Assembly: GCF_009914755.1 (NCBI RefSeq)
Contig: NC_060934.1
DNA from: the human T2T-CHM13v2.0 reference genome, Homo sapiens
DNA: 64,000 nucleotides
Strand: one strand, 5' to 3'
This document shows, piece by piece, positions 1-17,145 of the stretch; positions within the stretch are counted from its first letter, which is position 1, and each line of letters opens with the position of its first letter. The translations under genes and the position numbers were made by a program. Under the pieces are notes generated by a model that did no database searches, was not told the DNA's origin, and saw nothing but the letters and a program-made list of their open reading frames with translations.

Positions 1-840
1 GCTAAAGAATCTAGTAGGAACACGGAAAACATACATGAAGAGACAGGAAATTTATAGAGACATGGAAGCTATGAAAGAATCAAATGGAAATGCTAGAAAT
101 TTTTTAGTGCAATATTAGAAATGAACTCAACTGATAAACTTAGTGGGACACTGGACTTGCAAAGGAAGGAATCGGTAAACTTACAGACAGGTCAATAGAA
201 TTTTTTTCAATTTGAAATAAAGAGAAAAAACAAGTGAAAACAACAGAACAAAGAACCCGAGATCTGTGAGACAATATCAAATATTAAGCAGTTCCACATA
301 CGTGTGACTGGAGTCCCAGGAGAGGGCAGAAAGAAGAGGAAAGAAAAATAGTTGAAGAGATAATGGCCAATATTTCCTCCAAATCAATTCAAGGAACTCA
401 GAAAATCCTAAGCAAGATGAATGAGAAGAAAATCACACCAAGGCACATCATGGCCAACTACTGAAAATCAATATAAAGAGCCAATCTTCAGAGCAACCAC
501 CTGGAATCCCAGCCCTCTGGGAGGCCAAGGCAAGTGAATCACTTGGGCCCAGGAGTTGAGGACCAGCCTGGGCAACATGACAAAACCCCACCTCTACGAA
601 AAATACAAAAATTAGCCAGGTGTGGTGGCACACGCTTGTAGTCCCAGCTACTAGCGGGGGTAAGGTGGGAGGATCACCTGAGCCCAGGAGGTTGAGGCTG
701 TAGTGAGCCATAATTGCACCACTGCATTCCAGCCTGGGCAATGGAGTGAGATCCTGTCTCAAGAAAAAAAAAACAAACAAAAACAGAGCGACCAGAGAAA
801 AAGTACAGAGGCAAAGGAAAATGGAATGATACCCTTTTTT
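1..840 (+). mobile_element. Ancient LINE-1 (L1M-type) ORF1-region relic, interrupted by an Alu at 500-783; continues after 7232
   Basis: A-rich degenerate L1 ORF1-like sequence (e.g. cacaccaaggcacatcat, gagtcccaggagag); the colinear continuation resumes at 7249. Confidence 0.7.
500..783 (+). mobile_element. AluJ, slightly 5'-truncated
   Basis: Alu dimer with A tail; TSD AGAGC(A/G)ACCA at ~490-499 and 785-794. Confidence 0.92.
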
Positions 841-1103
841 TTTAACTATTTGATTTTTAATTTTAATTTCTGTGGGTACATAGTAGTTTTATATATTTAT
901 GGGGTACATGAGTTTTTTTTAATACAGGCATGCAATGTGTAATAATCACATCATGTAAAATGGAGTACCCATCTGCTGAAGCATTTATTCTTTGTGTTAC
1001 CAACAATCCAATATATTATTTTAGTTATTTTTAAATGTACAGTTAAATTACTATTGGCTATAGTCACCCTGTTGTGCTGTCAAATACTAGGTCTTATTCA
1101 TTG
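841..1103 (-). mobile_element. L1MA-type 3' end, lying inside the TSDs of the adjacent L1PA (probable 3'-transduced segment)
   Basis: gggtacatagtag...tagtcaccctgttgtgct...ggtcttattcatt matches the L1MA1-3 3' UTR in antisense. Confidence 0.8.
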
Positions 1104-1318
1104 TTTCTTTTTTTTTATTATTAAAGTTTTAGGGTACATGTGCACAACATGCAGGTTTGTTACATATGTATACATGTGCCATGTTGGTGTGCTGCACCCA
1201 TTAACTCATCATTAACATTAGGTGTATCTCCTAATGCTATCCCTCCCCCGTCCCCCCTACCACATGACAGGCCCCAGTGTGTGATGTTCCCCCTCCTGTG
1301 TCTGAGTGTTCTCATTGT

Positions 1319-5127
<3,809 letters not shown>

Positions 5128-5190
5128 TATGATGTTAGCTGGTTATTTTGCTCGTTAGTTGATGCAGTTTCTTCCTAGCCTCGATGGTCT

Positions 5191-6205
5191 TTATAATTTG
5201 GCATGTTTTTGCAGTGGCTGGTACCGGTTGTTCCTTCCCATGTTTAGTGCTTCCTTCAGGAGCTCTTTTAGGGCAGGCCTGGTGGTGACAAAATCTCTCA
5301 GCATTTGCTTGTCTGTAAAGGATTTTATTTCTCCTTCACTTATGAAGCTTAGTTTGGCTGGATATGAGATTCTGGGTTGAAAATTCCTTCTTTTAAGAAT
5401 GTTGAATATTGGCCCCCACTGTCTTCTGGCTTGTAAGGTTTCTGCCGAGAGATGAGTGTTAGTCTGATGGGCTTCCCTTTGTGGGTAACCGTACCTTTCT
5501 TTCTGGTTGCCCTTAACATTTTTTCCTTCATTTCATCTTTGGTGAATCTGACAATTATGTGCCTTGGAGTTGCTCTTCTCAAGGAATATCTTTGTGGTGT
5601 TCTCTGTATTTCCTGAATTTGAATGTTGGACTGCCTTGCTAGATTGGGGAAGTTCTCCTGGATAATATTCTGCAGAGTGTTTTCCAACTTGGTTCCATTC
5701 TCCCGTCACTTTCAGGTACACCAATCAGATGTAGATTTGGTCTTTTCACATAGTCCCGTATTTCTTGGAGGCTTTGTTCATTTCTTTTTATGCTTTTTTC
5801 TCTAAACTTCTCCTCTTGCTTCATTTCATTCATTTGATCTTCCATCACTGATACCCTTTCTTCCAGTTGATCAAATCAGCTACTGAAGCTTGTGCATTCG
5901 TCATGTAGTTCTTGTGCCATGGTTTTCAGCTCCACCAGGTCCTTTAAGGACTTCTCTGCATTGGTTATTTTAGTTAGCCCTCTGTTTAATCTTTTTTCAA
6001 GGTTTTTAACTTCTTTGCCATGGATTCGAACTTCCTCCTTTAGCTCAGAGAAGTTTGATTTTCTGAATCCTTCTTCTCTCAACTCATCAAAGTCATTCTC
6101 CGTCCAGCTTTGTTCCATTGCTGGTGAGGAGCTGCGTTCCTTTGGAGGAGGGGAGGTGCTCTGATTTTTAAAATTTTTATTTTTTCAGCTCTGTTTTTTC
6201 CCCAT
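5191..6205 (-). pseudogene. Disrupted L1 ORF1
   Basis: ATG GGG AAA AAA CAG AGC TGA gives a stop at codon 7; fragments EQSWTENDFDELREEG and ENTLQNIIQENFPNLAR. Confidence 0.92.
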
Positions 6206-6782
6206 CTTTGTGGTTTTCTCTACCTTTGGTCTTTGATGATGGTGACATACAGATGGGGTTTTGGTGTGGATGTCCTTTCTGTTTATTAGTTTTCCTTCCA
6301 ACAGTCAGGACCCTCAACTGCAGGTCTGTTGGAGTTTGCCAGAGGTCCACTCCAGACCCTGTTTTCCTGGTTATCAGCAGCGGAGGCGCAGAACAGCGAA
6401 TATTGGTGAACAGCAAATGTTGCTGCCTGATTTTTCCTCTGGAAACTTTGTCTCAGAGGGGTACCCGGCCGTGTGAGGTATCAGTCTGCCCCTACTGGGG
6501 GGTGCCTCCCAGTTAGGCTACTTGGGGGTCAGGGACCCACTTAAGGAGGCAGTCTGTCCCTTCTCAGATCTCAAGCTGCGTGTTGGGAGAACCACTACTG
6601 TCTTCCAATCTGTCAGACAGGGACATTTAAGTCTGCAGAGGTTTCTACTGCCGCCTTTTGTTTGGCTATGCCCTGCCCCCGGAGGTGGAGTCTACAGAGG
6701 CAGGCAGGCCTCCTTGAGCTGCGGTGGGCTCCACCCAGTTCGAGCTTCCCAGCCGCTTTGTTTACCTGCTCAAGCCTCAGCA

Positions 6783-6923
6783 ATGGTGGGTGCCCCTCCC
6801 CCAGCCTTGCTGCTGCCTTGCTGTTTGATCTCAGACTGCTGTGCTAGCAGTGAGCGAGGCTCCATGGGCATAGGACCCTCCGAGCCAGGAACGGGATATA
6901 ATCTCCTGGTGTGCCATTGCTAA
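6783..6923 (+). pseudogene. L1 ORF0 (antisense 5' UTR ORF), truncated at 46 aa
   Basis: MVGAPPPALLLPCCLISDCCASSERGSMGIGPSEPGTGYNLLVCHC* resembles primate L1 ORF0 (MAGAPPPASLPPCSLISDCCAS...). Confidence 0.8.
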
Positions 6924-7231
6924 GACTGTCAGAAAAGTGCGGTATTAGTGTGGGAGTGACCCAATTTTCCAGGTGCCCTCTGTCACCCCTTTCCTTGGCT
7001 AGGAAAGGGAATTCCCTGACCCCTTGTGCTTCCTGGGTGGGGTGATGCCTCGCCCTGCTTTGGCTCAGGCTCGGTGCACTGCACCCACTGTCCTGCACCC
7101 ACTGTCTGACAATCCCCAGTGAGACGAACCCAGTACCTCAGTTGGAAATGCAGAAATCATTCGTCTTCTGCATCGTTCATACTGGGAGCTGTAGACTGGA
7201 GCTGTTCCTATTCGGCCATCTTGGAGGATCA

Positions 7232-7520
7232 GAATGATACCTTTTTTTAAAGTACTGAAAGAAAAAAATGTTAATACGGAATTCTATATCCAACACAAAT
7301 TTGCTTGGAAAATGAAGGCAAAATGAAGATCTTTCAAACACACAAAAACTTAAGTAATTTATTTCTAGAATACATAAGAAATGCCAAAAGAATTTTCAGG
7401 CTGAAAGAGTTGTATCTTTCTTAGGGGAAATAGCATACCAGATAGACTGATAGGCCCCAAGATCTGTAGGAAAGAATGAAGAACAGGGAAGCTAAACATA
7501 AGGGCAATAGTTATTATGAA
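7232..7520 (+). mobile_element. Continuation of the ancient L1M ORF1 relic
   Basis: tactgaaagaaaaaaa...aattctatatcca...aaatgaaggcaaaatgaaga is typical of the L1 ORF1 3' part. Confidence 0.7.
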
Positions 7521-7639
7521 TGATCTCATCTTTGTAATAGTAATGTGTCTGTCTGTGTGTGTGTTTTTGTGTGTGTGTGTGTCTGTGTTCCTATGCACAA
7601 TTTTATAAAAGATTATTGACAGTTTAAAGTAATATCTTA

Positions 7640-7936
7640 AGCCAATTGCAGTGGCTCACACCTGTAATCCCAGCATTTTGGGAAGCTGAGGTGGGCAGAT
7701 CACTTGAGGCCAGGAGTTCAAGACCAACCTGGCCAACATGGTGAAACCCATCTCTACTAAAAATACAATAATTAGCAGGGTGTGGTGGTGCATGCCTGTA
7801 ATCCCAGTTACTCGGGAGGCTGAGACATGAGAATCACTTGAACCCAGGAGGTGGAGATTGCAGTAAGCCAAGACTGCACTACTTCACTTCAGCCTGGGCG
7901 ACAAAGTGAGACTCCATCTCAAAATAAATAAATAAA
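7640..7936 (+). mobile_element. AluS
   Basis: Full dimer; TSD AAAGTAATAT(C/T)TTAA. Confidence 0.95.
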
Positions 7937-8109
7937 GTAATATTTTAAAAATAGTTTTTAAAAATATTATTGACAATGTAAACCAAAAATAATGACAATA
8001 TGTTGTAGGCTTTATAGCATAAGACAACAGGATTACAAAACATGGGAGGGAATAAATGGAATGCTTATACAGTGTGCAATTTCTAGATGTCATTTAAAAA
8101 AAAAACAGT

Positions 8110-8245
8110 CCCCTTCTTCCTCTTTTGTCCTTCCTGTTGACTGGAATGCAGACACAATGGCTAAAGCTGAAGCAGCCATCTTGTACCACAAAGTTAACGT
8201 GGGAAATAGAGCCTAACACAGTGGAGCAATAAGATCAAGGAGCTC
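8110..8245 (+). mobile_element. MLT1J/K-like MaLR LTR fragment
   Basis: ctggaatgcagacacaatggctaaagctgaagcagccatcttg motif. Confidence 0.55.
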
Positions 8246-9455
8246 AAGGAGCTGACTAAACTTAAGTCAAGCACAGCTCTTCCAAGGACTGTGCAAATAT
8301 GAAGCACCCAGGAGGAGAAGAGGCTGGAAAGTGAAGGCCTAGCACTAGCACTGGACTCCTCAGTGAGAGGGAGAGCTTAGCAGCCCAGTGGTATTCGGGC
8401 TTCTCTTTGCTAAGGTTTCTCCCAGCAAAGGCTGGGATGAGACACTGACTCCTCTAAGGTAGCAAAGTCCACTGTCATCTGCTCTGCATCACCAAATGCC
8501 ATTCCGCTTTGTGTCATCTGGAGCTCCCACTTGCTATCAATGATGTAGAAAGATGCCAGAGAAATTAGGTTGGTGTTAAGCCAGGTAGAATTAACACTCG
8601 TTCTTGCCTTTATCCCAGATTAGTTTAATAACTGTCTCGATCGGTCTTATTCAGAGCTTCTCACAGTTGCTAGCAAATGATTCCTTTGGCCCTACATGCA
8701 AGAAAATAAATACAGTTAATCCCAGGGGTCCCTGTGGGAATTGCCAGTATAGTCCAGATGTGCCATAAAATTCCGTTCAGACAATGAACCCTGTACATAA
8801 AAAATGCCACGGTAGGGACCCCTGTCTGACATGCTCAGGAGTGCATCCTCCCAGCCTTAAAGCCCTAACTCCTGGCTTCCACCCTCTGTCTCCAGGATCC
8901 CTCTAAGCAGAACCTCCTACTGTTCTTTCCAGGGCTGGGAAAGGAGAACAGGACTGCACACCTTGTCCCCACACTGTGGCTCGCTGGTTTGGGGAGGAGT
9001 CTGCAGCTGCACAGACCTCACCTTAACCTTGGTGGGTTCCTGGAAGCAGAAGCAAGAAGAGTCCAGGGCAAGTGAAGAGAGATGGGAAGGAGCCAGGCCA
9101 ATTTTACCACATACCTTGGAGACCCTCTGAGTCTTCTCTGGGAATTCCCCTGACCCTGTATTTCCTATTAATGTTACGTAAACAGCATAGTGTAGTTATA
9201 ACCTCCATGTCGGCTAAATCTTCTGGCCACTCAAAATCTAGGTAAGGTTGGCCCAGACTTCTTTTCCATGACCTTTGTACATCCAAAGCATTCCTGGATA
9301 TCATTCATTTTCATTTGAGGGGTTAAGGTGTTGTGGGCATCCCTGCCTCTACCCATGATATCTTGGGTTCCTGTTATGCTGATTGAGACAGGAAAGTCAC
9401 CCCATCCTTGATCTGCACACACCCAGGGTCATATTAGAAATGCTCACCTATCCTT

Positions 9456-9895
<440 letters not shown>

Positions 9896-10412
9896 TTAGG
9901 AGCTCTGCACACTAACCCACACAGACACATGTGCCCACTGTGTCAGTGAGGATGATCCACTAGACAAATTGCTGAAGGCCAAGAGGAGAGGTCATTTGTG
10001 TGCCATACATATTATTATACCGTCATTGGACATTCTCACTCTGAAAGTTATTTTGGCTGTGCTGCCAGCGAAGGATCCTCCTCACTTTGTCCTCACTCAT
10101 GCCAGACACCATGAGTACCTAACAGCCACCTCCTGTTTTTTCCTTGCTATTGAAATCTCATTTTTATCCAAACACAGGGTCTGTGCTTTCCAAAGATAAG
10201 CCTTCCCACAGATATCAGGGGATGAGCCATGAGGGACCCAAGCGACTCAGACAGTTCCATCGCCCTTTTGCCAGGGAGGGGATAAGAGGTAGGCACAGAC
10301 ATCAGAGAAATCAGATCCAGCCAGTGGTCTGAAGGAAAGTCTCCTAGATGCTTCTGGAAAATATTTTCCTTCTTGGTAAAAATAAAAAGATACAAAGGAA
10401 AAGCCTCTCTCA

Positions 10413-10710
10413 GCCGGGCACGGCGGCTCATGCCTGTAATCCCAATACTTTGTGAGGTCAAGGTGGGAGGACCACTTGAGGCCAGGATTTCAAGACCTGC
10501 CTAGGCAACATAAGGCCTCGTCTCTACCAAAGTTTTTTTTCTTTAATTAGCCAGGTGTAGTGGTGCATGCCTGTGATCCCAGCTACTCGGGAGGCCAAGA
10601 TGGGAGGATTGTTTGAGCCCAGGAGTTCAAGGCTGCAGTGAGTCATGATCACACCACTGAACTCCAGCCTGGGCAAGAGTGAAATCTTGTCTCCAAAAAA
10701 GGAAAGAAAA
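10413..10710 (+). mobile_element. AluJ, inside an old MLT1-like LTR relic (~10190-10960)
   Basis: Alu dimer with J diagnostics (gagcccaggagttcaaggctgcagtgag). Confidence 0.92.
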
Positions 10711-11974
10711 ACCTCTCTCCTCCTCTGCTTTCAGCCCTAGCTTTGGTGCAGCTGCATGAGGACGTGTCATCCAGAGTTGTCAGACTTTGCTCAACCAGGA
10801 GAGGAGACTAAACAAGCTGAGGACAGCAGGCAGAAACGTAGAAGGAGCCTGGGTGCCTATTTGGGGACTTCTCCTTATAAATGAGAAACTTTAATTTCCT
10901 ATTGGTTCTGCCACTTTTAGAGAGATATTCCGCTTCTTGTAGTCAAAAACTTGATGACACATAGGCTCCCCTCTCTTCTCTCTCTGTTCCTCTCAAGCTG
11001 AGATAAAATCCTCCTCACATTCTCATGCAGGGCGGTTTCAACAGCTCTTTCTCTTTCCTTGCCTTTCTACCAAAACCATGCCTTTCATAGTCTCATCTTG
11101 TATCCCAAAGAGGTTTTTCAAGATATTTTCCCAAACAACAAGAAAAAAATCCCTTCCCTAAGAAGAATTGTGGTGCTGACCTTAAGCACATTTTAGGTTA
11201 AAAAAAAAAAAAAACACAGATTCAGGGCAGATTGTATTCAGGGATCTCCAAGAGATAACAATGTCTATAAATCATGGGATGCCCTGGCTGTCCTCTGTTG
11301 ATTTCACTGTAGGCGTCTCATCTTAATCATCATAGAACTCCAGAGAAACATCCCTGATGGTTTAGTCTCAGGAACCAACACCCCCCGTGCCCCCCAACTG
11401 CCACCTCTGCCTCCAACCCTAGGATGGCCTCTTCTGAACCTTGGCTCCTGGAAGACTTTGTCCTTGAATTGGAGGCTTCTCCACTCTGATCCCAGCCTTT
11501 CCTTCCAGTTGGGGCCTCCCACCGACATACTCTCTAATCCAAGAAAACCAAACTTACTTCCCCCCTACTCCCACAACACTTATCTTTCTCACTTTGTCAA
11601 TAATGCCCTCTCTTCTTTTCTCTCGCTCATTTCTCTCTAATTCCTTAATGTCCAACATAGACCTGTCTTTGTCCATCCCCATCCCAATAACCTGTCTGAC
11701 ATGCAATGAACACTACTGTGTGCCAGCTGCTGGACCAGGCTGGAGAGTCTAGGGAGACTGGGTGTTTAAGCTCATGAAGCTAATATTCTTGCAGGGAAAA
11801 CAAACGTGTAGCAGATGATTACACGAATAACTGAGCTCAACTGAGACAAGTGCATTTCCGCGTTCATGGGTTGGGTGTGGGAAAGTGGACCTCCTCCTCC
11901 CAACCCCTTGTCATGGAGAGGAGGGTGCAGTGTGATGCAGGAAGGAACACATGCACAGGAGGAACTTAGCTTCA

Positions 11975-12130
11975 AACTGGCTCTGGCTCTTTCATTTGTG
12001 GAGCCAAGAGCAAGTCATGAAATCTCTCAAAGCTTCAGTTTCTTCATGTGTAAATTGGGGATAATAACACTTAGCTTCGCAGAATGGCTGTGAAGACTAA
12101 GATATCTCAAACACCTAGCATAGCACATTG
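11975..12130 (+). mobile_element. MIR
   Basis: cttcagtttcttcatgtgtaaattggggataataacac core. Confidence 0.75.
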
Positions 12131-12328
12131 TTAGGACTATTATCATAACACAATGTTAAATTGGAAGTTTCACCACGCTACAATAAATGTCATATTATAT
12201 AAAGGAGATCTTAGATTATTTGCAGAATTTCAAAGCAGATAGCTGAAAATTACACAACCTTGAATCCCTCATTCACATCAAGGAAAAAAGAGTCGAGAGA
12301 GAGTAAAGATAAAGAGAGAATTTTGTAA

Positions 12329-12689
<361 letters not shown>

Positions 12690-13531
12690 TCATCCCAAGG
12701 GTAGTTGTGGTGGGGAGGGAAGATCTATGCCCTTCCTCTTGGGCCTAGTGGGAGGGGCTTTGGCGTGACCTTTCAGAAAGCTTGATGTGTGTTCCTTACG
12801 GTTAGGGGTCCAAGACTGGTGCCCAAGTCCTGACTGAGCAAGCCCAAGCAGCCTGTGTCACTGAGTTGGAGGGCGCCATTGACGTAATAACTTGAAACGC
12901 CCATGAAATTCATCTTGGAAGTTCCCACCCAGGGAAGGAAGGGGAAGCATTCATCCACCGGCTCCTCATGGCCTGCAGGTCAAAGTTGCTCCGCAGGTGT
13001 TAACGCTCCCACACTTTCAGATTGGGAGTAGCTTCTTGCAGCTGGCTCATGGCAGGGCTTCAGAAAAGCCACACGGCAGGAATCTAGCTGCCAAGGGGAA
13101 CCTGGAGGCCAAGGAGCACCTGCACTTAGCTGATCAAAGCAATGACTGGAAGAAGAGGTAGGGCCAAGGGGACTGAAGAGATGCCAGAGATGCACTGCAG
13201 AAGCACTGAGCCTGTCTCCAGAATCATCCTTCAGAGCATCCAACTATGGCATCGTATGTGTGTTTAACTATACCTAAGAAAGAGACAGAAAGGAAGAGAT
13301 GGGGCGGGAAAAGGGAGGGAATGGGAAGGAAAGAAAAATGTCTTTGTTAACTCTATTAGTCTTTCTTAGCCAAGTACATTTTCTTCACTGCCCCAAGGAA
13401 AGAGGTCACAGCTAAATGCAAAGAGAAAATACAAGTAGTTAATTCTCAGCATTTGAGCTTCCAGTGGCTTTGACGGATTGACCGCTTAATGGAACTGCTT
13501 TAGGTAATTTTTTTTTTCAAAATTAATTTTA

Positions 13532-13803
13532 GGCCAGACATGGTAGTTCATGTCTTTAATCCCAACAGTTTGGGAGGCCGAGGCAAGAGGATCACTTGAG
13601 GACAGGGGTTCAAGACTAGCCTGGGCAACATAGCGAGATGCCCACTCTACAAAAAATAAAAAATTTAGCCAAGTGTGGTGACATGCATGTGTAGCCCTAG
13701 ATACTGCAGAGGCTGAGGCAGGAGGATTGCGTGAGCCTAGGCTATGAGCATGCCACGGCACTCTAGCCTGGGTGATAGAACAAGACCCTGTCTCAAAAAA
13801 AAA
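13532..13803 (+). mobile_element. AluJ
   Basis: Diverged Alu dimer with A tail. Confidence 0.92.
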
Positions 13804-13859
13804 TTATTTTAACTATATTCAATTTTTGCTTTATACTTTGATTTTAAAGCCCAGCCCCA

Positions 13860-14270
13860 GTATAAGATGCAATTCCACTATACAAAGATTTATGTACCAA
13901 GATATTAATTGAAACAGCATACTTAAAGGTAAAAAAAAAAAAAAACAAAAACAAAACTAGAAAAAAGTCTACCCTAGTCCAAAAATGAATGTCTTGATTA
14001 AGTAAATGATGGAACATTCTTACAAGGGGTCGTTACACAGCCATTAAAAATGATGTTTACAAAGAGTTTTTAATGACTTGGAAAAATGCTCACAAAATAA
14101 TGTTGAAAGAAAAACAGCAAGGTACAAAATTACATATACAGTGCAATCTAAATCATGTAAAAATATGTAAGAAAAAAAGCCGAAGCAAAACATGTTAAAA
14201 TCTGCCTGAATTATAGGAATTTCCTCTCTTATAGTGGTCTATATTTTCAGTTTCCAAAAATGAGTAAATA
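13860..14270 (+). mobile_element. Old L1ME/MC 3' fragment
   Basis: cagccattaaaaatgatg...ggaaaaatgctcacaaaataatgttg signature. Confidence 0.6.
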
Positions 14271-14987
14271 ATCAGGGAAAGAAAAGCACTGGGGGTGTTG
14301 TTGGGAGGCAGTGGGAAACCTTCTTTAGATTCCAGTCTTGAGGATGGTGTAGACGCTACACTCCTATGCATGTTTTGATCCAAAGGCTCTGCTGCACCTA
14401 CGTGGTTGCTGGGACTGTCCTGACTGTCATTCCTTGAGGCTTTGGTTCTCTACCATTTTCTCCCTCCACAGTGCTTCAATGTGATAATCATAGGAAGCCA
14501 GGATGTACAGGCCATGGCATCTGCATGCTTTCCAACCATGGTGTGTAAGAAGAGCATCACACCATTCAGGGTGAAAGCACTCGCAAGCCTCGTTCCTTTC
14601 TCTGTGTTAAATTAAGACCAGTGTCTCACTCAACATTTGTTCAATAATTTTTATGAAATTCAGACCAGCCCCTCTCTTGATAAATTAGACAGTGTAGAAG
14701 ACTATAACTATGGAGGAGGAAGACACTCTGAGGGTATCCGGCATTTCCCTGGGTCATTATCCTTGAGGGTGCAGTGCTGGGGGTGGGCTTTGGAATCAGA
14801 TGGGCACTCATTGGTTTCATAACTGTGATAGGTGGTATAAAGGCCCCCTAACGATGTTCACATCCTAATCCCAGAATCTGTGAATATGTTACCTTACACA
14901 GCAAAAGGGACTTTGCATGATTCAGTTAAGGATCTTGAGATGGGGAGGTTATCCTGGGTTATTCGGGTGAACCCAAGTGTTCCTCTG

Positions 14988-15283
14988 TTTTTTGTTTTTT
15001 GAGAAAGAGTCTAGCTCTGTCACCCAGGCTGGAATACAGTGGCACAATCTTAGCTCACTGCAGCCTCTACCTCCCAGGTTCAAGTGATTCTCTTGCCTTA
15101 GCCTCTGGAACAGCTGGGATTACAGGTGCCCGCCACCATGCCCAGCTAATTTTTGTATTTTTAGTAAAGATGGAGTTTCACCATGTTGGCCAGGCTGGTC
15201 TCAAACTCCTGAACTCAAGTGATCCTCCTGCCTTGGCCTCCCAAAGTGCTGGGATCACAGACATGAGCCACCATGTCTGGCCC
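14988..15283 (-). mobile_element. AluS
   Basis: Antisense dimer; TSD CCAAGTGTTC. Confidence 0.95.
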
Positions 15284-15317
15284 CAAGTGTTCTTCTAAAG
15301 GGAAGGCAGAAAGGCCA

Positions 15318-16080
15318 TGGAACTGCCTTTGCAAAGATAATGACAGTGACAGAAGTCTAGCGTGGCTGACTCCGTCTTGCTTCTAGCCTCACAGGCTGGC
15401 TGTCCTTGCTCATTCCTGGGCATAGGCCAACCTAAACATGGGAGCAGTTTGTAGTTTCAACCTTGAAGGAAAGATGAAAAGAGCCCCTCTCTAAAACTAA
15501 GCCCCTCTTTGCTCAGGGACTGAAGCAATCTTTGTAAAACTAACAAAAGGCCATGAGATTAGGATTACAGAGGAGCCTACATTCTGCTAAAATGTAAGTA
15601 TAGTTTTTATAAGCCCTTATTGCTCATGGGTTATGTGGCCAGAAGTCACAAGATTTGTGACTTCCAAATTGCTCCTGTAGATAACATCCCTATTATAGAA
15701 CTTAAGATTGGTCTTTTGAGACATTTTTCAGACTTTTGGATTCTGGCAACTGACCAACCTCACCCAGACTCATGGCTCAACCAGTACTGTGGCCCTTACC
15801 CAGACAGAGACTGACTCAGGTCATGAGGACCATTTTCTACACCACTGTGATTTTATCCTCAATCAATCAGCATCACTCTTTCCCTAGTCCCCTGCTCCCT
15901 AAATTATCCATAAAAACCCCACCCTCTAAGTCCTTGGGGAGGCTGATTTAAATAATAAACTCCTGTTCTTCCATTTGGCTAGCTCTGCATTAATTAAACC
16001 CTTTCTCTGCTGCAATACTGCAATCTCAGTGAATTGTTTTATCTGTGCAATGGGTAAGAAGAACCTTTTGGGCAATTACA
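15318..16080 (+). mobile_element. LTR8A solo LTR (ERV1)
   Basis: TG...CA ends; start tggaactgcctttgcaaagat...ggctgactccgtcttgcttctagcctcacaggctggctg; AATAAA at ~15954; 4-bp TSD GCCA/GTCA. Confidence 0.85.
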
Positions 16081-16294
16081 GTCAGAATTAGAGGAGGTGA
16101 TGTGACCACAGAAGCAAAAGTCAGAGAGAGAAAGAGAGAGATTTGAAGATGCTACACTGCTGGCTTTGAAGATGGAAGAAGAAGTCCTAGCCAAAGATGC
16201 CAGGAGTCTCTAGAAGCTAGAAATGTCAAGGAAATGGAGCCTCCAGAAGGAACACAGCCTTGTTGACACCTTTATTTTTTAAGCCTTAAGGAAA

Positions 16295-16845
16295 TGTGAT
16301 TATGGGGCTTGAGTCATGTGACAGACAGCTGTAACCTAGAGAGCTATAAGCTTTGTTTCTCTGATTATAGACTAGCTTTCTTCCCTACCTACATTGTTTT
16401 GTAAAATGTTGCAAATGACTAAAGGACACCAGGGAATATCCCTTCCCGCTTCCGTGTTGATCTTAATTGCAAATTATCTTCCCTCTTAGCTTTCTCACAC
16501 AAAGACCTCATAGCTATCACATTGTCTGAAGATGGAAGGTTAAATACACTCTTTTAAATTGGACAGAAAATGAAAACCAGCTGTAAAGAAAAGAAAACAA
16601 GCCATCAGAAAACAAATTGTAACTAATTAAATTGTTGTAACTCATAAGCCAGCCTTGTATAGAAAGTGTTATAATCCTGCGAAATGTCTCTGTTTTCTGC
16701 ACCTATAAGCAAGAGCTTAACTTTTAACTTTGGAGCACTGATTCCATTTCTCTGCAGTCTTTTTCTCCCAGATGGCCATTCCCAACTTTTTGCTTGAATA
16801 CTCATTAAACTGGATTCTGATGCTTTCAATTATTTCAGAAGGACA
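16295..16845 (+). mobile_element. ERV1-class solo LTR (MER67-like)
   Basis: TG...CA-bounded ~550-bp insert interrupting the MLT1; the family call is tentative. Confidence 0.55.
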
Positions 16846-17145
16846 GTGGTCATTTGTTATAGCAGTAATAGGAAACTACTGCAACCACCATGGACAAGTG
16901 TATTTCCCCATCTGTAGAGAAAGGATACTCATTTATATCTCACAGCATTGTCGTAAGCATCAAACCCAATATTGTATACACAATGCTCATTAGAGTATTC
17001 AATAATTGGTAGCTATTCTCTCTCATTGTTTAGCACATCCCCTTATACCTGCGTAGCACTTTGCAGAGCACTTAGGAAACAGGCAGCACTTAGGAAACTA
17101 TAACTATGGAGCAACATACTATATTGCTACAGTGGGCAACTATAA

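Larger units (their letters stand above)
14824..16883 (+). mobile_element. MLT1D-like MaLR LTR split by three younger insertions and itself inserted in a MIR (14770-14823, 16890-17015)
   Basis: Start tgtgataggtgg...ctgtgaatatgttaccttac; middle gaagatgctacactgctggctttgaagatgga; end gtggtcatttgttatagcag...ggaaactactgca. Confidence 0.8.
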
